64,000 nucleotides of DNA from an uncultured Ruminococcus sp. (GTDB lineage: Bacteria > Bacillota > Clostridia > Oscillospirales > CAG-382): NCBI GenBank assembly GCA_964530795.1, contig CAZHBX010000007.1, positions 95 to 64,094 of the forward strand, given 5' to 3'. Each line of letters begins with the position of its first letter. Position 1 is the first letter of the stretch. Under the pieces are notes generated by a model. That model made no database searches. It was not told the DNA's origin and saw nothing but the letters and a program-made list of their open reading frames with translations. Shown here piece after piece: positions 7,457-15,745 of the stretch. The translations under genes were made by a program, and so were the position numbers.

Positions 7457-9202
7457 ATGAGTTTCATTAAGATCGATCAAATGTCGTTCCGGTACCATCC
7501 GACCGGGGCGCCGGTGCTGAAAAACCTGACCCTTTCGATCGAAAAGGGCAGCTATACCGCCGTTCTTGGGCATAACGGCAGCGGAAAAAGCACGCTGGCG
7601 AAACTGCTTTGCGGCATCCTGACCCCGTCAGAAGGAAAAATCACCGTCGACGGGATGGATACGTCCGACGAGACGGTTTCGCTTCGCCTGCGGAAGACCT
7701 GCGGAATGATTTTCCAGAACCCGGACAACCAGCTGGTCGCCGGGATGGTGGAGGAGGATGTGGCGTTCGCGCCGGAGAACCTTGGGCTTCCGCGGGAGGA
7801 GATTCGCCGCCGGGTGGACGAGGCGCTTGAAATCGTCGGCATGACCGAATACGCCCGCCATTCCACCGCCAAGTTGTCCGGCGGACAGAAGCAGCGGGTC
7901 GCCGTCGCCGGCGTACTCGCCATGCTGCCGGACTGCATCCTGTTCGACGAGGCAACCGCTATGCTTGACCCGACCGGCCGGCGGGACATCATGGAGGCGA
8001 TGAAGAAACTCAACCGGGAAAAGAACATCACGGTCGTTACCATCACCCACTATATGTCCGAGGCCATCGAAGCGGACCGGGTTCTTGTGCTTGACCACGG
8101 GGAAGTGCTCATGGACGGCTCTCCGCGGGACATTTTTTCCCGCGTCGCGGAGCTGCAGAAAGCGTCGCTTTCCGTTCCGCAGGTCACGGAATTGCTGTAT
8201 CTGCTCGAAAAGGACGGGTACGCCTTCCCGAAGGGCGTGCTACACGCCGCGGAGGCGGCGGACGCGCTCGAAGCGGTTCTGCCGAAGCGGGCCATCCCGG
8301 CGGAAGCGGAAGCCCCGGAGCCGTCCGGCGCGCCGGAGACGGACGCGGTGCTGGAACTGCGGGACGTGACCGTCGTGTACGGGGAAAAGACCCCATTCCG
8401 TAAGGAGGCGCTCTCACATGTTTCGGTGTGCTTCCCGCGCGGGGAAATCATCGGCATCATCGGGCACACCGGTTCCGGCAAGAGTACGCTTGCGACCCTG
8501 CTCAACGGGCTGCGCAAGCCGACGGAGGGAACCGTGCTGTTTGGCGGGGAGGATCTTTGGAAGTACCCCAAGCAGATGCGGAAAATTCGCAGTCGGATCG
8601 GGCTGGTGTTTCAGTACCCGGAGTATCAGCTGTTTGAGGAGACCGTCCGGGCGGATATCGCCTTCGGTCCGCGGAATATGGCGCTGCCGGAGGAGGAGAT
8701 TTCCCGGCGGGTGCGGGACGCGGCCGCTTTCTGCGGGCTTTCCGCGGAGGAACTGGAAAAAAGCCCGTTCGAGCTGTCCGGCGGGCAGAAGCGTCGGGCC
8801 GCCATCGCGGGGATCATCGCCATGGAGCCGGAGGTACTGGTGCTGGATGAACCTGCCGCCGGGCTGGACCCGAAGGGGCGGGAGGAGATCTTTGGCGGGC
8901 TGATGGAGTACCGCGAACGCCGCGGGGCGACGCTGCTGCTGATCTCCCACAGCATGGAGGAAATCGCCCGGTACGCCGACCGAATTCTGGTTTTGAAAGA
9001 CGGAAAGGTGTACCTTTACGGAACGGTCAAAGAGGTGTTCGGGCAGGCGGAAAAGCTGTTCGGCGCGTCCCTTGACCTGCCGCAGATTACCAAACTGTTC
9101 CTGGAACTGAAGAAACGTTCCCTCTGCGCGGAAACGGACGTCTATACCGTCCCATACGCGAAAAAAAAAATCAGGAGGCTGCTCGAATGCTCAAAGACAT
9201 GA
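7457..9202 (+). CDS. ecfA: ECF transporter ATPase, fused A-A' (two ABC domains)
   Basis: Two Walker A (GHNGSGKS, GHTGSGKS), FQNPDNQ and FQYPEYQ Q-loops, two LSGGQ signatures. Confidence 0.9.
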   Translation: MSFIKIDQMSFRYHPTGAPVLKNLTLSIEKGSYTAVLGHNGSGKSTLAKLLCGILTPSEGKITVDGMDTSDETVSLRLRKTCGMIFQNPDNQLVAGMVEEDVAFAPENLGLPREEIRRRVDEALEIVGMTEYARHSTAKLSGGQKQRVAVAGVLAMLPDCILFDEATAMLDPTGRRDIMEAMKKLNREKNITVVTITHYMSEAIEADRVLVLDHGEVLMDGSPRDIFSRVAELQKASLSVPQVTELLYLLEKDGYAFPKGVLHAAEAADALEAVLPKRAIPAEAEAPEPSGAPETDAVLELRDVTVVYGEKTPFRKEALSHVSVCFPRGEIIGIIGHTGSGKSTLATLLNGLRKPTEGTVLFGGEDLWKYPKQMRKIRSRIGLVFQYPEYQLFEETVRADIAFGPRNMALPEEEISRRVRDAAAFCGLSAEELEKSPFELSGGQKRRAAIAGIIAMEPEVLVLDEPAAGLDPKGREEIFGGLMEYRERRGATLLLISHSMEEIARYADRILVLKDGKVYLYGTVKEVFGQAEKLFGASLDLPQITKLFLELKKRSLCAETDVYTVPYAKKKIRRLLECSKT

Positions 9203-10020
9203 CGCTCGGGCAGTATTTCCCGGGGAATTCCTTCCTGCACCGGGCGGACCCCCGCGTCAAACTGGTGGCGCTGGTGGTGTATCTGGTGTTCGTGCTGATG
9301 GCGAAGACCGCTTGCGCGCTCGGGCTTGTGCTGGTTACGATGCTGACGCTTGCGGCGGTGTCCCGCATCCGGTTTTCGGTGCTGGTGCGCTCGCTACGAC
9401 CGGTGATCTTTATCCTGCTGTTCACCGGGGTGCTCAACCTGTTCCTCACGACCGGGGAAACCCCACTGGTGGAATGGAAGTTCATCCATATTTACCCCGA
9501 AGGGGTGCGCACGGCGATCTACATGATGCTGCGGCTGGTCTGCCTCGTGGGCGGAAGCAGTCTGCTGCTGTCCTATACGACAAGCCCGCTGGATTTGACC
9601 GACGCGATCGAATCGCTGTTTGGTTTCCTTAAGAAGCTGCGCGTGCCGGTCCACGAGTTTGCGATGATGATGACCATCGCGCTCCGCTTCATTCCGACGT
9701 TGACGGAGGAGACGGACAAGATTATCTCCGCCCAGAAAGCGCGGGGCGCGGATTTCGAATCCGGCGGACTGATTAGCAAGGCGAAGGCGATCGTCCCGAT
9801 CCTGATTCCGCTGTTCGTCTCTGCGTTCCGGCGGGCCGACGAGCTGGCGGAGGCGATGGAGTGCCGCTGCTACCACGGCGGTGAGGGGCGCACCAAGCTC
9901 AAGGTCATGCGCAGCCGCCCGTCGGATTACGTGTTTCTGCTCGTCATGGTGCTGCTCTGCGCCGGGGTGGTGTTTGCGAACCGGTACCTGTCGTTTGAAG
10001 TGGGGGGATTCATACTATGA
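9187..10020 (+). CDS. ecfT: ECF transporter transmembrane component T
   Basis: DPRVK, ALRFIP, AQKARG and AMECRCY motifs. Confidence 0.92.
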   Translation: MLKDMTLGQYFPGNSFLHRADPRVKLVALVVYLVFVLMAKTACALGLVLVTMLTLAAVSRIRFSVLVRSLRPVIFILLFTGVLNLFLTTGETPLVEWKFIHIYPEGVRTAIYMMLRLVCLVGGSSLLLSYTTSPLDLTDAIESLFGFLKKLRVPVHEFAMMMTIALRFIPTLTEETDKIISAQKARGADFESGGLISKAKAIVPILIPLFVSAFRRADELAEAMECRCYHGGEGRTKLKVMRSRPSDYVFLLVMVLLCAGVVFANRYLSFEVGGFIL

Positions 10021-10754
10021 CCTGTGCACTTCGGCTCGCCTACAAAGGGACCGCCTACTGCGGCTGGCAGGTGCAGAAGAACGCCCGCAGTATCCAGCAG
10101 ACTTTGCAGGACGCGATGGAAGCCGCCTTCGGCTCCCGGGGAACGGTCACCGGGTGCAGTCGGACGGATGCCGGAGTGCACGCGAAAGGGTTTATTTGCA
10201 AGGCGGAGGGATTGCCGGACCGGCTCCCGTCGGACCGCGTGCCGGAAGCGCTCGGGCGTCTGCTCCCGCCGGACATTGCCGTGCGGGAGGCGTGGGTTGT
10301 CCCGGAAGCTTTTCACCCGCGCTACGACGCGAAGGGCAAGACGTACAGCTACCGCGTCCGCAACAGTCGCCTGTCCGACCCGTTCGACTACGAGTTTTCG
10401 GCGCTGTGGTTCCCGCAGATCGATGAAAAGCGAGCGGATGAGATTTGCAAGTGTTTTTGCGGTCGGCGGGATTTCCGCTCCTTCCGGGCGGCTGGCTCGG
10501 ATGTGACGGACACGGTTCGGACGGTTTCGGACTTCTCCTGCCGCCGTGACGGCGAAACCGTGCGCTTCATCGTGACGGCCGACGGCTTCCTATATCGTAT
10601 GGTTCGCATCCTTGTCGGCACCGTGCTCGATCTGCTGCCGGAGCCGGACGCCGAGCGGAGGGCGAGGGAGATTCTTTCCGCCCGCGACCGCGCCGCCGCC
10701 GGGCGCACCATGCCCGCGAAAGGGCTCTGCCTCGAACAAGTTTTTTATACCTGA
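10017..10754 (+). CDS. truA: tRNA pseudouridine(38-40) synthase
   Basis: GWQVQ, SRTDAGVHA and GFLYRMVR motifs; follows ecfT. Confidence 0.93.
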   Translation: MTCALRLAYKGTAYCGWQVQKNARSIQQTLQDAMEAAFGSRGTVTGCSRTDAGVHAKGFICKAEGLPDRLPSDRVPEALGRLLPPDIAVREAWVVPEAFHPRYDAKGKTYSYRVRNSRLSDPFDYEFSALWFPQIDEKRADEICKCFCGRRDFRSFRAAGSDVTDTVRTVSDFSCRRDGETVRFIVTADGFLYRMVRILVGTVLDLLPEPDAERRAREILSARDRAAAGRTMPAKGLCLEQVFYT

Positions 10755-10772
10755 AATTTTCGGAGGTCCCCC

Positions 10773-12014
10773 GTGTCCGCGTTTTCCGTCTTTTCCGACC
10801 ACAAGAAGCAAAAAAAGAATATGCAAACTCCCACGGTGGAACAGTACTACCGGGATCGCGCCAAGCGTCTGTCCCGCGTGCGGTACCTTTGCCTGCTGCT
10901 GTGCGCGATATTTCTTCTGTACGGTTTTGCCGTCCACGGCGAGGAACTGACGGCGGAGAATTTTCGGTATATGCTTAAATTCCTCGACATCACTGAGAAG
11001 GACGACGAGGTCGAAGCGAACACCGTCCGGTTCGACTATGCGGCGGGGAACATCGGCGGAATGTTTCGCGGGGACGTCGCCGTACTCAATACCGACGGGC
11101 TGGCCCTGTACGGCTGGGATGCGGAACAGCTCTTTTCCGCCTCCTTTCGGTTGGAATCCCCGCGGATGACCGTCACCTCCCAGAGCATTTTCGTCTACGA
11201 CCTCGGCAGACCGGATGTGCGGCTGTTCAACTCCTACGAGGAGTATGCGCACATCACGACGGAGTATCCGGTGTACGCCCTGTCCGCCAATGATTCCGGC
11301 AACTTCGCCGTCGCGACTTCTGAAAAGAATTATCGCAGCGTCATTTACGTCTACAATTCGTATGCGCAGCGGATCTATACCCGCCGCCTCAGCGACCTGT
11401 ACGTCGACCAGCTTGCCCTGGCCCCGGACGGGAAAAGCTTCCTCGCGCTCGGGCATTACGCGCGGGGTGGGGACCTGATCTCCGTGCTGCAGCGTTATTC
11501 GCTGAACGACGAGGAGCCCCTCTTCACCGCTTCTTTCACCGGGGAACTGCCACTGCGGACGGATTACCTCTCGGACAGCCGCTTCGCCGTGCTGACCGAC
11601 GGGGCGCTCCGATGCTACGACGTCGGCTCGGAGAACCCGGCCGGTACCGTTTTGCTTGAGGACGCGTCGCTGCGCGGGTGCAGTTTTTCCGGAGGACGGG
11701 CGTTGCTGACCTTCTCCGACGCCGGGCTTTCCGGCGGGACGGTCCTGCGGGTTTATGGTGCGGACGCGGACGTGCAGGGGGAGTACCGCTTCGAGGGTGC
11801 GGTCACGGATAAGCGAATGCTCGGGGATTCGCTATGCGTGCTGGCCGTCGGGAAGGTGTCCGTCCTTCCGCTTTCCGGCGGCGACCCGACCGAGTATACC
11901 GTCGGGAAGGACGCCTTACAATTGCTCGACGACAATGGGACTCTCGTTCTGTTTGAAAAAAGCGACGCCTATCGGCTGATTGATGAAATAACCGCGAAAG
12001 GAGAAACGCAATGA
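10773..12014 (+). CDS. Membrane-anchored beta-propeller-like protein (DUF5711-like)
   Basis: N-terminal TM helix then beta-rich repeats; typical neighbour of cvpA; start uncertain. Confidence 0.6.
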   Translation: MSAFSVFSDHKKQKKNMQTPTVEQYYRDRAKRLSRVRYLCLLLCAIFLLYGFAVHGEELTAENFRYMLKFLDITEKDDEVEANTVRFDYAAGNIGGMFRGDVAVLNTDGLALYGWDAEQLFSASFRLESPRMTVTSQSIFVYDLGRPDVRLFNSYEEYAHITTEYPVYALSANDSGNFAVATSEKNYRSVIYVYNSYAQRIYTRRLSDLYVDQLALAPDGKSFLALGHYARGGDLISVLQRYSLNDEEPLFTASFTGELPLRTDYLSDSRFAVLTDGALRCYDVGSENPAGTVLLEDASLRGCSFSGGRALLTFSDAGLSGGTVLRVYGADADVQGEYRFEGAVTDKRMLGDSLCVLAVGKVSVLPLSGGDPTEYTVGKDALQLLDDNGTLVLFEKSDAYRLIDEITAKGETQ

Positions 12015-12727
12015 GTTTTCTGCTTGACCTGGTCCTGCTGCTGATCGCGGGGGTCACCATCTTTCTCGCCGCTAAACGGGGCTTTGTCAAGACCTTTCTT
12101 TCCGCCGCAAGCACGATTATCGCTCTGCTGGCCGTGTTCCTCTTCACCTCTCCGCTGACGGACGTGCTGGAGGGCACCTCGCTTCCTGAGGCTATCCGCA
12201 CGAACACCGCCTCCTTCGTTGATCGGCTTGTCGAGGAGCAGGATGCGGGCGACAGCCAATCTCTCGCATCCGACCCCGACAGCAAGCTGTACACCCTGCT
12301 TGAAGGGGTCGGCATTGACCGCGAAAGTCTGTCGAACTGGGTCACGGAGCATGAGAACATGGTCAAGGACCAGTTTCACAACGAGTTAGTCGGCTTCATC
12401 GCCGGCAACGTTACCCCGCTGCTGCTGCGGGCGATTTCGAGCGCCATCCTGTTCTTCGGCTCGTATTTCGCGCTCAGGCTGTTGAGCATCCTACTGACCG
12501 GCGTGGTGGAGCGCATTCCGTTTGTGCGAGGAGCAAACCACGTGCTCGGCGTCGTGATCGGCGTCGCGCTCGCACTGATCCGCATCCTAATCTTCTGCGC
12601 TGTGGTGCAGGTGCTACTTGATACATCTTTCCTTTCCGGTTGGAGCGCCCTTGCCGGATTCGACCCGGATAAGACCCTACTGTTCCGCCTGTTCGGGGAA
12701 ATTCCGTTCGTTCGGCTGTTCGTCTGA
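12011..12727 (+). CDS. CvpA family membrane protein
   Basis: LDLVLLLI...KRGFVK N-terminus and NHVLGVVIG motif. Confidence 0.75.
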   Translation: MSFLLDLVLLLIAGVTIFLAAKRGFVKTFLSAASTIIALLAVFLFTSPLTDVLEGTSLPEAIRTNTASFVDRLVEEQDAGDSQSLASDPDSKLYTLLEGVGIDRESLSNWVTEHENMVKDQFHNELVGFIAGNVTPLLLRAISSAILFFGSYFALRLLSILLTGVVERIPFVRGANHVLGVVIGVALALIRILIFCAVVQVLLDTSFLSGWSALAGFDPDKTLLFRLFGEIPFVRLFV

Positions 12728-12756
12728 CCGCCGGGAATCGATCCGCGCGACGCGAA

Positions 12757-12829
12757 AAATAAAAAGGATAAAATAAAAAGGATAAGGTAAGCGTCTCATG
12801 AAAAGGATAAGGTAAGCGTCTCATGAAAA
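12757..12829 (+). repeat. Overlapping tandem duplications (14 bp x2 and 25 bp x2) covering the pgsA RBS/start
   Basis: AAATAAAAAGGATA at 12757 and 12771; AAAAGGATAAGGTAAGCGTCTCATG at 12776 and 12801. Confidence 0.9.
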
Positions 12830-13407
12830 AGAATCTCCAAAAACAAATCCCGAATATTCTGTCTGTGATTCGTCTGCTCTGCATTCCCGTCTTTGTCATA
12901 CTGTTCGTGCAGAAGCACCGCGTCGCCTCGGCGGGGGTGTTCTGCTTTGCGTCGGCGACGGACGTTGCCGATGGGTACTTAGCGCGTCGGAACAACTGGG
13001 TCACCAATGTCGGAAAGATTCTCGACCCGGTGGCGGATAAGCTGATGCAGCTCACCGTCCTGCTGTGCCTGACCTGCTCGTTCAGAGGGCCTGCCCAGAT
13101 CATCGCCCTGATCGTGCTGGTGCTGTTTTCGCTCAAGGAGCTGGCGATGCTCGTTGGTGCGATTGTGGTCCTGCGTGTCAAGCATAACGTCGTCGCGTCC
13201 GTCTGGTACGGGAAACTCGCGACGGTCATCTTCTTTATCATCACCGTTGTCCTGATCCTGGACCCGGATAATCTGCCGCTCTGCGCCGTTCTGTGTGCGC
13301 TGCTGGTGTGTACGTTTCTGTTCGCGTTGATCATGTATTACGTCAAAATTTTCCGGGGAAAATACGGAATTAAAAAAATTGAGAATATGAGGAGAACCAA
13401 GGAATGA
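12823..13407 (+). CDS. pgsA: CDP-alcohol phosphatidyltransferase (PgsA-like)
   Basis: IPNILS.IR and DVADGYLAR...GKILDPVADK signature. Confidence 0.85.
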   Translation: MKKNLQKQIPNILSVIRLLCIPVFVILFVQKHRVASAGVFCFASATDVADGYLARRNNWVTNVGKILDPVADKLMQLTVLLCLTCSFRGPAQIIALIVLVLFSLKELAMLVGAIVVLRVKHNVVASVWYGKLATVIFFIITVVLILDPDNLPLCAVLCALLVCTFLFALIMYYVKIFRGKYGIKKIENMRRTKE

Positions 13408-15698
13408 CTCCAAGATTTCCAAAGTGCAGCCGTTGCCATGTGCGGCCCGCCGTCATCTTCATGAACAAGGAGGTTAACGGGAAGCCCGTGCAGGAGGGGT
13501 ACTGCATCAAGTGCGCCAAAGAGCTTGATATCAAGCCGATCGATAACATCCTTAAGCAGATGGGTCTGAGCGATGAGGACCTCGACAGCATGTCCTCCGA
13601 ACTGGATTCTATGCTGCCCGACGTCGCCGGGGAAGACGGCGAGAACGGCGACGACGATGCGAATGAGGGACGCGCTCCCGCCATCGATTTCAACGTGGTC
13701 TTCAACGGCGGGGAAAATCGTCCCGCCCCCCGCGGACCGGCCGACGACCGCCGCAAGGCGCCCGGCGCGGAACCCAAGCGCAAGCGCAAGTGCCTCGACG
13801 CGTTCTGCATCGACCTGACCTCCCGTGCCCGGGAAGGCAAGCTTGACCGCGTCATCGGGCGCGACGCGGAGCTTGAACGGGTCACGCAAATTCTTTGCAG
13901 ACGGCAGAAGAACAACCCCTGTCTTATCGGCGAGCCGGGCGTGGGTAAAACCGCTGTCGCCGAAGCACTCGCCATGCGCATTGCCGCCGGGAAGGTTCCA
14001 TACAAGCTGCTCGACAAGGAGGTTTTCCTGGTCGACATGACCGCCATTGTCGCCGGGACGCAGTTCCGCGGGCAATTCGAGAACCGCATGAAAGGACTCA
14101 TTAACGAGGTGAAGGAAAACGGCAACATCATCCTCGTTATCGACGAGATCCATTCCATCGTCGGCGCAGGCAACGCCGAGGGCGGGATGAACGCCGCAAA
14201 CATTCTCAAACCCGCCCTGTCCCGCGGGGAAGTGCAGATCATCGGAGCGACGACGCTGACCGAGTACCGCAAGTATATTGAGCACGACGCGGCCCTGGAG
14301 CGCCGGTTCCAGCCGGTCATGATCAACGAGCCGTCCATCGAGGATTCCGTGCGCATCCTACAGGGGATCCGCCCGTATTACGAGAAGTTTCACGGCATCC
14401 GTATTCCGGACGCTGTCGTGCGGCAGATGGTCACGCTTTCGGAGCGGTATATCACCGACCGCTTCCTGCCGGATAAGGCCATTGACCTGATGGACGAAGC
14501 GTGCGCGAACGTTTCCATGCACTCTCCGGTCATCAACGAGCTTTCCGCCCTGACCGACGAGATTAAGCGGTTACAGGATGCGCAGGCGGATCTCGAAGCG
14601 CAGGAAACCAAGGATGAATCGGACTACGCTCGCCTCGCGGAGCTGAAAACCGCCCTTCTCCAAAAGGACCAGCGGTTCGACGAGCTTTCCGCCGAGCGGG
14701 ACTGTTTGCAGCTGACGCTAGACGACCTCGCCTCGGTCATCGAGGTCTGGACGGGGATCCCCGCTTCGAGCATCAGTGAAAACGATTTCCGCAAGCTCGA
14801 ACGGCTGACCGCGACTCTGCGCTCCCACATTGTCGGGCAGGACGAGGCGATCGAAAAGGTCGCCCGCGCCATCCGCCGCTCCCGCGCGGGGATTGCGTAT
14901 AAGAAGAAGCCGGTCTCGTTCATCTTTGCCGGGAGCACCGGCGTCGGCAAGACGCAGCTGGTCAAGGACCTCGCACAGTACCTGTTTGATTCGCCGGACG
15001 CGCTGATCCGGTTGGATATGAGCGAATATATGGAGAAGTACTCAGTCTCCCGGATTATCGGCTCCCCGCCGGGCTACGTCGGCTACGACGACGCGGGGCA
15101 GCTGACCGAGAAAATCCGCCGCAAGCCATATTCGGTCGTGCTGTTCGACGAGATCGAAAAGGCCCACCCGGACGTGCTCAACATCCTCCTGCAAATCCTC
15201 GACGATGGCCGGATCACGGATTCGCACGGCAAGGAGGTCAACTTTGAAAATACGGTCATCATCATGACGACCAATGCCGGAGCGACCGCCGCTTCCCCGA
15301 CCGGGTTTACCCACACGACGCACGAGAGCGACGAACTGCGGGTCCGTACCGCTCTGGAAGCGTTCCTGCGACCGGAATTTCTCAACCGGGTCGATGAGAT
15401 TGTTGTGTTCAACCGCCTGACGCGGGAACACTTCGGCCAGATCTGCCGGATCATGCTCGGCGAATTGGCGGGCGTGCTCGAAGAGAAGGGCATTAAGCTG
15501 TCTTGGACGGACGGCGTTATCGACTGGCTGGCGGAGAAAGGGTTCTCCGAGAAGTACGGCGCCCGTAACCTGCGCCGACTGATTCAGACCGAACTTGAGG
15601 ACGCCATCGCCGCGGAGCTGGTCGCAAGGTACCGCGAGACCGTGACTGCCGTGGACGTTTCGGTGGAGGACGGTAAGCCGGTATTGAAGGTTCGCTGA
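13404..15698 (+). CDS. ATP-dependent Clp protease ATPase (ClpC/ClpE-like, N-terminal Zn finger)
   Basis: CxxC...CxxC N-terminus; GEPGVGKT/IDEIH and GSTGVGKT/FDEIEK AAA modules; GARNLRR. Confidence 0.9.
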   Translation: MTPRFPKCSRCHVRPAVIFMNKEVNGKPVQEGYCIKCAKELDIKPIDNILKQMGLSDEDLDSMSSELDSMLPDVAGEDGENGDDDANEGRAPAIDFNVVFNGGENRPAPRGPADDRRKAPGAEPKRKRKCLDAFCIDLTSRAREGKLDRVIGRDAELERVTQILCRRQKNNPCLIGEPGVGKTAVAEALAMRIAAGKVPYKLLDKEVFLVDMTAIVAGTQFRGQFENRMKGLINEVKENGNIILVIDEIHSIVGAGNAEGGMNAANILKPALSRGEVQIIGATTLTEYRKYIEHDAALERRFQPVMINEPSIEDSVRILQGIRPYYEKFHGIRIPDAVVRQMVTLSERYITDRFLPDKAIDLMDEACANVSMHSPVINELSALTDEIKRLQDAQADLEAQETKDESDYARLAELKTALLQKDQRFDELSAERDCLQLTLDDLASVIEVWTGIPASSISENDFRKLERLTATLRSHIVGQDEAIEKVARAIRRSRAGIAYKKKPVSFIFAGSTGVGKTQLVKDLAQYLFDSPDALIRLDMSEYMEKYSVSRIIGSPPGYVGYDDAGQLTEKIRRKPYSVVLFDEIEKAHPDVLNILLQILDDGRITDSHGKEVNFENTVIIMTTNAGATAASPTGFTHTTHESDELRVRTALEAFLRPEFLNRVDEIVVFNRLTREHFGQICRIMLGELAGVLEEKGIKLSWTDGVIDWLAEKGFSEKYGARNLRRLIQTELEDAIAAELVARYRETVTAVDVSVEDGKPVLKVR

Positions 15699-15745
15699 AG
15701 CGGAGACTCATATAAAGAAGTTATTTGGAAAGGAACGTGCCCGCC

